From the NCBI GenBank assembly GCA_035652635.1, contig DASRDL010000143.1:899-64898 (forward strand): 64,000 bases of DNA, written 5' to 3'. Below are positions 9,192 through 18,049 of the stretch, one piece after another (position 1 is the stretch's first letter; each line of letters opens with the position of its first letter). The stretch comes from Hyphomicrobiaceae bacterium. Lineage in GTDB: Bacteria; Pseudomonadota; Alphaproteobacteria; Rhizobiales; Hyphomicrobiaceae. The position numbers and the translations under genes were made by a program. The notes under the pieces are model-generated. The model searched no databases. It was given only the letters and a program-made list of their open reading frames with translations, and was not told the origin of the DNA.

Positions 9192-9203
9192 GGAGAGTGC
9201 GAC

Positions 9204-10424
9204 GTGCTCACCAACATGCGCCCGGTCGACGAGCGGGAGTTCTCGCGCCTGCTGGCGGAGGCCACGGCTACGACGACGCCGATTGCGCTCGTGGGCGGCG
9301 GCTCGAAGGAGCGGGTGGGACGGCCCATGCAGACGGCGGCCACCATCTCGACCAGGGGCCTGCGCGGGATCACGCTCTACGAGCCGAGCGAGATGGTGAT
9401 GTCGGCCCGCGCCGGAACGCCGCTGACTCAGGTCGAGGACGCGCTCGCTGCGCGCGGGCAGATGCTCGCGTTCGAGCCGATCGAGCTCGCCGGCATGGGG
9501 GGCGGTCAGGCCGGTGAAGGCACCATCGGCGGCGTGTTCGCCACCAACATCTCGGGCGCGCGCCGTATTCGCGCCGGGGCGGCGCGCGACCACCTCCTGG
9601 GGCTGCGCGCCGTGAACGGCCGCGGCGAGATATTCAAGGCCGGCGGCCGGGTGATGAAGAACGTGACGGGCTACGACCTGTGCCGCGGCCTCGCGGGGAG
9701 CTGGGGCACGCTCGCGGTCATGTGCGAGGTGACGTTCAAGGTGCAGCCCATGCCCGAGGACACGGCGACGCTGATCCTGCTCGGCCTGCCCGACGAGATC
9801 GCGATAGAGGTGCTGTGCGATGCCATGGGCACGCCGTTCGAGCTGTCCGGGGCCGTGCACCTGCAGCCTGCGCTGGTGGCGCGCCTGTGGCATGAAGGCC
9901 TGCGCCGGCAGGGCCAGGCGATCACCGCGCTGCGGCTCGAGAACTTCGCCAAGTCGGTGGCCTACCGCAAGGGAAGGCTCAAGGAGCATTTGCGGGCCTA
10001 CGGTGACATCCACGACCTCGACGGGGAGAACTCGCTCGCCTTCTGGGGTGAGCTGCGCCAGCTCTCGGTGCTGCAAGGCAACGATGCTCCTTTGTGGCGT
10101 ATCTCGACCGCGCCCAGCGTCGCGCCCAAGGTGGTGGCCGCCATCTCGGCCTACATGGAGTGCCGCGTCTTCTACGACTGGTCGGGCGGGCTCGTCTGGG
10201 CCGAGGTTCTGCCCACCACCGACGCCGGCGCGGCCGACGTGCGGCGCGTCATCGCCATGCACGGGGGCCATGCCACGCTGGTCCGCGCGGAGCCGCAGGT
10301 GCGCTCAGCGGTGGAGGTGTTCCAGCCGCTGGAGACAGGCCTCGAGCGCCTGTCGCGCAAGCTGAAGGCCGCCTTCGATCCCGCCGGCATCCTCAACCCC
10401 GGCCGCATGTACGCCAACATCTAG
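9204..10424 (+). CDS. glcE: glycolate oxidase FAD-binding subunit GlcE
   Basis: GTG start 12 nt after the glcD stop. GlcE-like FAD-binding domain. Synteny glcD-glcE-glcF. Confidence 0.85.
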   Translation: MLTNMRPVDEREFSRLLAEATATTTPIALVGGGSKERVGRPMQTAATISTRGLRGITLYEPSEMVMSARAGTPLTQVEDALAARGQMLAFEPIELAGMGGGQAGEGTIGGVFATNISGARRIRAGAARDHLLGLRAVNGRGEIFKAGGRVMKNVTGYDLCRGLAGSWGTLAVMCEVTFKVQPMPEDTATLILLGLPDEIAIEVLCDAMGTPFELSGAVHLQPALVARLWHEGLRRQGQAITALRLENFAKSVAYRKGRLKEHLRAYGDIHDLDGENSLAFWGELRQLSVLQGNDAPLWRISTAPSVAPKVVAAISAYMECRVFYDWSGGLVWAEVLPTTDAGAADVRRVIAMHGGHATLVRAEPQVRSAVEVFQPLETGLERLSRKLKAAFDPAGILNPGRMYANI

Positions 10425-10441
10425 GGAAGCGCTGGCCCGCC

Positions 10442-11800
10442 ATGCAGACGAGCTTCACCGCACAGCAGCTCAAGAGCCCGCGCATCGCGGAGATCGACAA
10501 GATCCTGCGGCGCTGCGTGCACTGCGGCTTCTGCACCGCCACCTGCCCGACCTATGTGCTGCTGGGCGACGAGCGCGACAGCCCGCGCGGCCGCATCTAC
10601 CTGATGAAGGAGATGTTCGAGCACGATCGGCCGGCGAGCCCCGAGGTGCAGCACCACGTCGACCGCTGCCTCTCCTGCCTCTCGTGCATGAGCACCTGTC
10701 CGAGCGGCGTGGACTACATGCACCTCGTCGATCACACGCGTGCGCATATCGAGGCGACGGGCCGGCGCGGTTTCCGCGAGCGCCTGGCCCGGACCCTGCT
10801 CGCCGCCGTCCTGCCCTATCCGGAGCGCTTCCGCCTGGCGCTGAGGGGCGCGCGCTTCGCCCGGCCGTTCACCGGCCTGCTGCGCAGGCTCGGATTCAAG
10901 GAGCTGGTGGCCATGCTGGAGCTGGCTCCGATGGGCCTGCTGCGCAGCGCCCGCTTCACCGGCCCGGGCACCGCCAGCACCAAGGCCGAGCGTCGCAAGC
11001 GAGTGATCCTGCTCGCCGGCTGCGCCCAGCAGGTGCTGCGGCCGGAAATCAACGATGCCACCATCCGCCTGCTGGCGCGGCGGGGCGTGGACGTGGAGGT
11101 GGCGCCGGGTGCAGGCTGCTGCGGCGCGCTGGTGCATCACATGGGCCGGGAGGCCGACGCCGTCGCGATGGCCAAGCGCAACGTCGATGCGTGGACGAAG
11201 CTCATGGACCGCGGCGAGCGCATCGATGCCGTGATCGTCAACGCGTCGGGCTGCGGCACCACCGTGAAGGACTACGCGCACATGCTGGCGCGCGAGCCCG
11301 GCTATGCCGAGCGGGCGGCCAAGATCGCCGGCATGGCCCGCGACGTGACCGAGTTCCTCGCCAGCTACGACATGGGCCCGCCGGCGCGCTGGTCGTCGCT
11401 GCGCGTCGCCTACCATTCGGCCTGCTCCCTGCAGCACGGCCAGCGCATCTCCGAGGAGCCGCGCAAGCTGTTGCGCAACGCGGGCTTCACCGTGGTCGAG
11501 GTCCCCGAAGGCCACCTGTGCTGCGGCTCGGCCGGCACCTACAACATCCTGCAGCCCGCGATCGCCGCCGAGCTGCGCGACCGCAAGGTCGCCAACATCA
11601 AGAGCATGCGGCCCGATGTGGTGGCGGCCGGCAACATCGGCTGCATCACCCAGCTCGCGACCGGCATGAGCATCCCGATTGCGCACACGGTCGAGCTGCT
11701 GGACTGGGCCTACGGCGGCCCGATGCCGCGCGGGCTCGAGGAGCTCGCCGGCCACGTGCAGGACGTGCCTCTTCCCAAGCCGCTGATGGCGGTCACCTGA
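10442..11800 (+). CDS. glcF: glycolate oxidase iron-sulfur subunit GlcF
   Basis: Starts MQTSFTAQQLK inside ORF 10094-11800. CVHCGFCTATCP and CLSCLSCMSTCP clusters plus CCG motifs CCGALVHH and CCGSAGTY. Confidence 0.9.
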   Translation: MQTSFTAQQLKSPRIAEIDKILRRCVHCGFCTATCPTYVLLGDERDSPRGRIYLMKEMFEHDRPASPEVQHHVDRCLSCLSCMSTCPSGVDYMHLVDHTRAHIEATGRRGFRERLARTLLAAVLPYPERFRLALRGARFARPFTGLLRRLGFKELVAMLELAPMGLLRSARFTGPGTASTKAERRKRVILLAGCAQQVLRPEINDATIRLLARRGVDVEVAPGAGCCGALVHHMGREADAVAMAKRNVDAWTKLMDRGERIDAVIVNASGCGTTVKDYAHMLAREPGYAERAAKIAGMARDVTEFLASYDMGPPARWSSLRVAYHSACSLQHGQRISEEPRKLLRNAGFTVVEVPEGHLCCGSAGTYNILQPAIAAELRDRKVANIKSMRPDVVAAGNIGCITQLATGMSIPIAHTVELLDWAYGGPMPRGLEELAGHVQDVPLPKPLMAVT

Positions 11801-11865
11801 GGACCTGCTTCAGGCCGCGCATCTCTGATACCCATGAGCGCGAAGCTTGACCCGCCGCCCGGTGT

Positions 11866-11984
11866 GTCATCCACGCGCTCCGCCCCCTCGCTGACGCACC
11901 TACCCCGTCCTGAGCTTGTCGAAGGACGGACCACGCGTGCCAGCCGTGCTTCGACAAGCTCAGCACGGGGTTGCAGCGTGTGAC
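11866..11984. repeat. palindromic repeat family 2, copy 1 (REPIN/MITE-like)
   Basis: Core GTCCTGAGCTTGTCGAAGGACGGACC-N-CGTGCTTCGACAAGCTCAGCACGGGGTTGCAGCGTGTGAC with outer inverted ends CACGCGCTCC / GCAGCGTGTG. Same element at 32670 and 57919. Confidence 0.9.
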
Positions 11985-12172
11985 GCGACGCCAAGGGCTG
12001 GGCTGGTCCCAACCAAACGCGCGGCGACATGACTTGCGCTCCATTCATCCGGGACCATGGCCATCTGACCGTGCAGCATCGCGGAGAAAGGCTTGCGGCA
12101 AGTCGGCGGTTTTCCGGAGAGCGGCGCAACTATATGCTCCGCCGCTGAGTCCTGCCCCTGGAGACCCCCACA

Positions 12173-13291
12173 ATGCGCATCGGCGTGCCGAAAGAGATCA
12201 AGGTTCACGAATATCGCGTCGGCATGACGCCGGCCAGCGTGCGCGAGGCGGTTGACCACGGCCACGCGGTCTACGTGCAGCACGACGCCGCGGCGCGCCA
12301 GGGCATCACCGACCAGGACTACCAGCGGGCGGGCGCCAAGGTGCTGGCCAACGCGGCCGAGGTGTTCGCGACCGCCGATCTCATCGTCAAGGTGAAGGAG
12401 CCGCAACCCGAGGAATGCGCCATGCTGCGCGAGGGGCAGACCCTCTTCACCTATCTGCACCTTGCGCCCGATCCCGAGCAGGCCAAGGCGCTGATGCGAT
12501 CCGGCGTCACCGCCATCGCCTACGAGACGGTGACGAACGCGCGCGGCGGGCTGCCGCTGCTGGCACCCATGAGCGAGGTGGCCGGCCGGATGGCGATCCA
12601 GGCCGGCGCGCATTGCCTGGAGATGGAGCAGGGCGGCCGCGGCATGCTGCTCGGCGGCGTCGCCGGGGTGGCGCCGGCCAAGATCGTCGTGCTGGGCGGC
12701 GGCGTGTCCGGCGTCAACGCCGCGCGCATGGGAATCGGGCTCGAGGCGCAGGTGACGGTGCTCGACATCAACGTCGACCGGCTCTACGCCATCGACCAGC
12801 AGTTCGGGGCGGCGGTCAACACCATCTTCTCCACGCGCCAGGCGGTGGAGGACTACGTGCTCGATGCAGATCTCGTGGTCGGGGCCGTGCTGGTGCCCGG
12901 CGCGGCGGCACCGAAGCTCGTCACGGAGAAGCTCGTCAAGGAGATGAAGCGCGGCTCGGTGCTGGTCGACATCTCCATCGACCAGGGCGGCTGCTCGGAG
13001 ACGTCGCGGCCGACCACGCACGCCAAGCCGACCTATGTGCTGCACGAGGTGGTGCACTATTGCGTGACGAACATGCCGGGCGCGGTGGCCCGGACCTCGA
13101 CGTTCGCGCTCAACAACGCCACGCTGCCCTTCATCCTGGCGCTGGCCGACAAGGGTCCCGAGGCTGCCATGGCGGCCGACCCGCACCTGCTCGACGGGCT
13201 CAACGTCTACAAGGGGCGCATCGTCTATCCGGCGGTCGCGGCGGCGCTGGGCATCGAGGCCGCCGACCCGCGCAAGCTGATGAAGCATTGA
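12173..13291 (+). CDS. ald: alanine dehydrogenase
   Basis: N-terminus MRIGVPKEIKVHEYRVGMTP, NAD fold VVLGGGVSGVNAA, full-length 372 aa. Confidence 0.92.
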   Translation: MRIGVPKEIKVHEYRVGMTPASVREAVDHGHAVYVQHDAAARQGITDQDYQRAGAKVLANAAEVFATADLIVKVKEPQPEECAMLREGQTLFTYLHLAPDPEQAKALMRSGVTAIAYETVTNARGGLPLLAPMSEVAGRMAIQAGAHCLEMEQGGRGMLLGGVAGVAPAKIVVLGGGVSGVNAARMGIGLEAQVTVLDINVDRLYAIDQQFGAAVNTIFSTRQAVEDYVLDADLVVGAVLVPGAAAPKLVTEKLVKEMKRGSVLVDISIDQGGCSETSRPTTHAKPTYVLHEVVHYCVTNMPGAVARTSTFALNNATLPFILALADKGPEAAMAADPHLLDGLNVYKGRIVYPAVAAALGIEAADPRKLMKH

Positions 13292-13323
13292 GCGCGGCGA
13301 CAAGAAGGAAGGTTGAGGGTGTG

Positions 13324-14115
13324 ATGCAGGATCAAGCAGCAGGTGAGCTGATCTACGAGGTGAAGGATGCGGTCGGCGTCGTCACCTTCAACCGGCCGGC
13401 GGCGCACAATGCCCTCACCTTCGCCATGTACGACCGCCTGGGCGAGATCTGCGCCACGGCCCCCACCGACGGCAGCCTGCGCGCGCTCATCATCACCGGT
13501 GCGGGTGGGCGCGCCTTCGCCGCCGGAACCGACATCTCGCTCTTTCGCGACTTCCGTGCCGCCGCCGACGGGCTCGCCTACGAGGAGCGCATGGAAGGCA
13601 TGTTCGGCAAGCTCGAAAGCTGCCCGGTGCCCACCATCGCGGCGATCCCGGGCATCTGCACCGGCGGAGCTGCCGTGATCGCGGCTGCCTGCGACTTGAG
13701 GCTCGCCACGCGCAGCCTCAAATTCGGCTTTCCCATTGCCCGCACGCTTGCCAATTGCCTGTCCGCGGCGAACATTGCCAGGGTCGCGGCGCTCACGGGC
13801 GTGGGACGCGCGGTCGACATGCTGATGACAACGCGCCTGATGGAGGCCGAGGAGGCGCTGGCCGTCGGCCTCGTCAACGAGCTGTTCGATACGCCGGAGG
13901 CGCTGATGCAGCGCGCGCACGCGCTCGCCGCCCAGATCGCCACCCAAGCGCCTCTGACCATGCGCGCCGCCAAGGAGGTGGTGCGCCGCCTGCGCGAGCG
14001 GGCCGCCGCCGTGGACGACATGGACCTGATCGCCATGTGCTACGGCAGCGCCGACTTCCGGGAGGGGCTCGATGCGTTCCTGACCAAGCGCGCGCCGAAG
14101 TTCAGCGGGCGCTAG
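13324..14115 (+). CDS. enoyl-CoA hydratase/isomerase (crotonase) family protein
   Basis: Starts MQDQAAGELIYEV within ORF 12415-14115. Crotonase pattern ITGAGGRAFAAGTDI and C-terminal FREGLDAFLTKRAPKF. Confidence 0.85.
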   Translation: MQDQAAGELIYEVKDAVGVVTFNRPAAHNALTFAMYDRLGEICATAPTDGSLRALIITGAGGRAFAAGTDISLFRDFRAAADGLAYEERMEGMFGKLESCPVPTIAAIPGICTGGAAVIAAACDLRLATRSLKFGFPIARTLANCLSAANIARVAALTGVGRAVDMLMTTRLMEAEEALAVGLVNELFDTPEALMQRAHALAAQIATQAPLTMRAAKEVVRRLRERAAAVDDMDLIAMCYGSADFREGLDAFLTKRAPKFSGR

Positions 14116-14198
14116 CCCAGACTGGCCGCCCCACTCGCGCCGCGGTCGGCGCGAACACTGGTATACTTCGTGCACGCTGGCGATTTTGGGAGCGAGAC

Positions 14199-15245
14199 AT
14201 GGGCCGCAAGTTCCAGAGCATCCTGGAGACGGTGGGCAACACGCCCGTCGTGAGGATCAACCGGCTGGCGCCGCAAGGGGTGAACCTCTTCGTCAAGATC
14301 GAGGCGTTCAACCCCCTGGGCTCGGTGAAGGACCGGCTCGCGCTCGGCGTCATCGAGGCGGCGGAGAAGGCCGGCCAGCTGAAAGCCGGCCAGACGGTGA
14401 TCGAGGCCACCAGCGGCAACACCGGCATCGGGCTTGCCATGGTCTGCGCCCAGAAGGGCTATCCCCTCGTCGTGACCATGGCGGAGACGTTCAGCGTCGA
14501 GCGCCGCAAGCTGATGCGCTTCCTGGGCGCCAAGGTGGTGCTGACGCCGGCGGCCCTGCGCGGCATGGGCATGGTCACCAAGGCGGTCGAGCTCGCCAGG
14601 ATGCACGGCTGGTTCCTGACGCGCCAGTTCGAGAACGAGGCCAATCCCGACATGCACTCGCGCACCACGGCGCGCGAGATCATCGAGGACTTCAAGGGCG
14701 AGCCGCTCGACTACTGGGTGACCGGCTACGGCACCGGCGGCACGCTCAAGGGCGTGGCGCGCGTGCTGGCCAAGGAGCGCCCCGAGACCAAGATCATCGT
14801 GTGCGAGCCGGAGGATGCGCAGCTGCTCGGCAGCGGCGTCGCGCAGGCGCGCAACCCCGACGGCACGGCGGCAGGCGCGCACCCCTCCTTCAAGCCGCAT
14901 CCGATGCAGGGATGGACGCCGGATTTCATCCCCAAGCTGACAGGCGACGTGGTCGACACGGGCGTGATCAGCCGCATCCTTCCCATCGCCGCCGCCGATG
15001 CCATGCGCTGCAGCCAGGACCTGGCGCAGAAGGAAGGGATCTTCGTCGGCATCACCGCCGGGGCCACGTTCGCAGGCGCGCTGCGCGTGTGCAAGGAGGC
15101 AAGCAAGGGCGCGACCGTGCTCTGCATGCTTCCCGATACGGGCGAGCGCTACCTCAGCACGCCGCTGTTCGCCAACGTGCCGGCGGACATGACACCGGAG
15201 GAGCTGCAGATCTCCCGCTCGACGCCCGGCGCCCAGTTCGCCTGA
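14199..15245 (+). CDS. cysK: cysteine synthase A (O-acetylserine sulfhydrylase)
   Basis: Starts MGRKFQSILETVGNTP. PLP-lysine motif NPLGSVKDR and TSGNTGIGLA. Confidence 0.9.
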   Translation: MGRKFQSILETVGNTPVVRINRLAPQGVNLFVKIEAFNPLGSVKDRLALGVIEAAEKAGQLKAGQTVIEATSGNTGIGLAMVCAQKGYPLVVTMAETFSVERRKLMRFLGAKVVLTPAALRGMGMVTKAVELARMHGWFLTRQFENEANPDMHSRTTAREIIEDFKGEPLDYWVTGYGTGGTLKGVARVLAKERPETKIIVCEPEDAQLLGSGVAQARNPDGTAAGAHPSFKPHPMQGWTPDFIPKLTGDVVDTGVISRILPIAAADAMRCSQDLAQKEGIFVGITAGATFAGALRVCKEASKGATVLCMLPDTGERYLSTPLFANVPADMTPEELQISRSTPGAQFA

Positions 15246-15512
15246 GATCGTTGAGCCGCCCAATGATACTTTGTGTGGGGCCGCGCCCCTGGGCGCCTGA
15301 CACTGCAGCAGGAATCGTCTGCGGCCGGGCCGTGCAACAGCTTCCTTGGCCTCGGCGAAGGGGCCAGGGAGGCGCGGCTTCACAAAATTGCGACTTGCCC
15401 CTTCACGCTCCACACTGATGAATTCCCGCGCTGGTTTTGACCTAGGACAATGCCGCCCGAGCGTGGCGCTCGCACAAGTGGGCCATTGTCCGGCAGATTA
15501 AGGAATTGAGCC

Positions 15513-16247
15513 GTGAAGCCGACCATGAATTTGTCGCGGCATGCCTTGTACGCACAGGTCTACGAGGCGCTCGTTCAGCGGGTGGTCAGCGGTGCCTGGA
15601 AGCCGGGAGATTGCCTTCCCAACGAGATCGAGCTGGCGCGGGAATTCGGCGTGAGCCCCGGCACCATGCGCAAGGCGCTCGACAAGCTGGAGACCGACCG
15701 CCTGGTCGTGCGTCGCCAGGGCAGGGGAACGTTCGTTCTCGACCACGCCAGCAAGGCACTCGCCACGCGCTACAACAATCTCATGGATGAGCGCGGAGAA
15801 TTGCTCGCTCCCAGCGGCAGCACGCTCCTGTCGCAGGACATCGGGACGCCCGTGGGCGCCGAGTGTGACCGCCTCGGCATCCGGGCGAGCGAGAAGGTGC
15901 TGCGCACCCGTCGCGTCCGCTGCCGCCAGGGGCGGCCCTACATGTACGAGGAGGCCGCGATCGCGGCGGGCCGCCTTCCCGGCCTGGAGCATGACGGAGC
16001 GGCAGCCGCCGGCGATTACCTGATCGTTCCGCTGGCGCAGAGATACGGACGGCATCTGGGGCGCGCTGCGGAGAAGGTCGGCAGCACGCCGGCATCGCCG
16101 GAGGTCGCAGGGCTGCTCGGGGTGAGGCTGGACACACCGCTGCTGCAGCTCGACCGGATCATCTTCACCATCGACGAGCAGCCGCTGGAGTGGCGGATCG
16201 CGCTGTGCCATCTGAAGGACGAGTACTACTTCGCGCAAACCACCTGA
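15513..16247 (+). CDS. GntR/HutC-family transcriptional regulator (wHTH + UTRA)
   Basis: wHTH ELAREFGVSPGTMRKALDKL, VVRRQGRGTFV, UTRA-like C-terminus. GTG 15513 or ATG 15525 as start. Confidence 0.85.
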   Translation: MKPTMNLSRHALYAQVYEALVQRVVSGAWKPGDCLPNEIELAREFGVSPGTMRKALDKLETDRLVVRRQGRGTFVLDHASKALATRYNNLMDERGELLAPSGSTLLSQDIGTPVGAECDRLGIRASEKVLRTRRVRCRQGRPYMYEEAAIAAGRLPGLEHDGAAAAGDYLIVPLAQRYGRHLGRAAEKVGSTPASPEVAGLLGVRLDTPLLQLDRIIFTIDEQPLEWRIALCHLKDEYYFAQTT

Positions 16248-16289
16248 GCGACCCGCGCGGCCGCTCGCGGCGATGCGGCGGCGCTTGCC

Positions 16290-17492
16290 CTACAGCAGCG
16301 CCTGGTAGACGAGGTTGCGCATCATTTGCCGGTAGCGCAGGCGGATCTGGCCCGGGGCAGCCGCCATGAACACGACGCTGAGCTCCTCCTTGGGGTCGAC
16401 CCAGAAGTAGGTGCCGTAGACGCCGGACCAGTAGTAGTCGCCGGCGCTGCCCGCCATGGCGGCGATGCCGGCCTGCCGCCGCACGGCAACGCCAAGCCCG
16501 AAACCGTAGCCGGTGGCGGCGGGGTCCATCTTGTCGGCGATCATGTTGGTGAAGGACGCAGGCAGGTGATCGGCAGTCATGAGCGCCACGGTGCCGCGGC
16601 CGAGGATCTCCACCGCGCCGAGCCTGCCGCCACCGCGCAGCATCTCGGCGAAGCGCAGGTAGTCCGAGGCGCTCGACACGCAGCCGCCGCCGCCCGACTC
16701 CCACCCCTGCGTCTTGTCGGTGGCGTGATGGACGGGCGCATTGGGCTCGCCGGTGACCGGGTCCTTGGGCAGCACCAGCGCATAGCGCGGACGCTTGGCC
16801 GCGGGCAGCGCGAAACTGGTGTCGCTCATGCCGAGCGGGCCCCACAGCCGCTCCTGCAGGAAGCTGCCGAGCGGCTTGCCCGCCACCGCCTCCACGACGA
16901 AGCCCAGCACGTCGGTGGAGAAGCCGTACTCCCAGTTGGAGCCGGGGTCGAACAGCAGGGGCGACCTGGCGAGCGCGGCGATCGTCTCGTCCTTCGACAG
17001 CCGCTCCGCCGCCCAGATCGAGGAGCCCGGATAGAGCGCATGGGCGGGCGTGGTGCCGCGCTCGCGGTACGTCAGCCCGGAGGTGTGCCGCAGAAGGTCC
17101 TGGATGGTGGGGTTCTGTTTCGGCGCCCGGGTGCCGCCGGAGGGCTCCGCCACCTTCAGATCGGCGAGCGGGGGCAGGTACTTGGAGACCGGGTCGGCGA
17201 GCAGCACGCGGCCCTCCTCCACCAGCATCATGATCGCCGTGGACGTCATCGCCTTGGTCATGGAGGCGATGGAGAAGAGCGCGTCCACCTTCATCGGCTC
17301 GCGGGAGGCAGGATCGCGGTGGCCGACAGCCTCGAGGTGGGCCAGGCGGCCGGCGCGCATGATGCCCACGACCGCGCCAGGGAGCTGGTGAGCCTCCATA
17401 TCGCGGCGCAGCGCCTCGCCGATCCGGCGCAATCGCGAAGAGGAAAGGCCCACGCTCTCGGGCTCGACGCGGGGAAGGGCGGACTGGGACAT
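16290..17492 (-). CDS. serine hydrolase, beta-lactamase/esterase (class C-like) family
   Basis: S-x-x-K motif SIASMTKAM. Start MSQSALPRVEP chosen inside ORF 16290-17558. Confidence 0.8.
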   Translation of the reverse strand: MSQSALPRVEPESVGLSSSRLRRIGEALRRDMEAHQLPGAVVGIMRAGRLAHLEAVGHRDPASREPMKVDALFSIASMTKAMTSTAIMMLVEEGRVLLADPVSKYLPPLADLKVAEPSGGTRAPKQNPTIQDLLRHTSGLTYRERGTTPAHALYPGSSIWAAERLSKDETIAALARSPLLFDPGSNWEYGFSTDVLGFVVEAVAGKPLGSFLQERLWGPLGMSDTSFALPAAKRPRYALVLPKDPVTGEPNAPVHHATDKTQGWESGGGGCVSSASDYLRFAEMLRGGGRLGAVEILGRGTVALMTADHLPASFTNMIADKMDPAATGYGFGLGVAVRRQAGIAAMAGSAGDYYWSGVYGTYFWVDPKEELSVVFMAAAPGQIRLRYRQMMRNLVYQALL

Positions 17493-17699
17493 GGCGCAAC
17501 CTCGTCGGCTATCGGTTCCCGACAGCATAGTGGCGAAGCGGCGCGGCGGAAACGCCATCCTCGTTCACGAGGCCGTCACGTGGCTGCTCCACGCTGCCTG
17601 GCAGGGCTCTCCGTCTGGCGCCGCATACAGATCGATTGGCGCGATCGGCCGGACTTGGCATACACTCGACGGGCGGGCGCGCGCCGGAAGATTGCACCC

Positions 17700-17915
17700 A
17701 TGCCGCAGTGGCAATACCGCAAGATCGACCTCTCCAGCCACGACCCGAGAGGCGACGGCATCGATCTGCTCAACGCGGCCGGCCGGGACGGCTGGGAGCT
17801 CGTCATCATCACGAGCAACCACATCGCCTACCTGAAGCGCCCGGTGGTCGAGGCTGCGGCCACGCGGAAGGCGGTGGTGCCGGTGCAGAAGCGCACGCCC
17901 GCGGGGACTGGGTAG
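17700..17915 (+). CDS. small conserved-looking protein (DUF4177-like, 71 aa)
   Basis: MPQWQYRKIDL...GRDGWELVIITSN pattern. GC-rich third codon positions. Occupies an otherwise empty gap. Confidence 0.55.
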   Translation: MPQWQYRKIDLSSHDPRGDGIDLLNAAGRDGWELVIITSNHIAYLKRPVVEAAATRKAVVPVQKRTPAGTG

Positions 17916-18049
17916 GACCCACGACGGCGCGTGCGCTCCCCTCCCCATCACGCCGAAGGCGTGTCCTCGCGCCCGCGCCAATCCGTTGCGGGATCGCGGG
18001 CCGGCGTACTACACCATGCGTCGGCGCGGAGACGCTGGGAGGAACAGGG

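Noticed and set aside
7590-10271. Very long ORFs opposite or out of frame with recognised genes. Examples are the 893-aa ORF antisense to glcD/glcE, the 1062-aa ORF 58071-61259, the 792-aa ORF 28361-30739, the 609-aa ORF 56135-57964, and the N-terminal extensions of many track ORFs.
   Set aside because: These are typical stop-codon-poor artefacts of ~70% GC DNA. Their translations are Arg/Ala/Gly/Pro-rich low complexity, while the alternative frame or strand encodes clearly recognisable families with sensible starts and RBSs. Only their in-frame C-terminal parts that match families were kept.
15437-15491. TTGACCTAGGACAA as a fourth FNR/FixK box, and nested inverted repeats (GGACAATG...CATTGTCC, CGAGCG-TGG-CGCTCG) upstream of the first GntR gene.
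   Set aside because: The right half-site GACAA breaks the TCAA core. The inverted repeats are short (8 and 6 bp), and such repeats are common by chance in GC-rich intergenic DNA. No supporting context was found.
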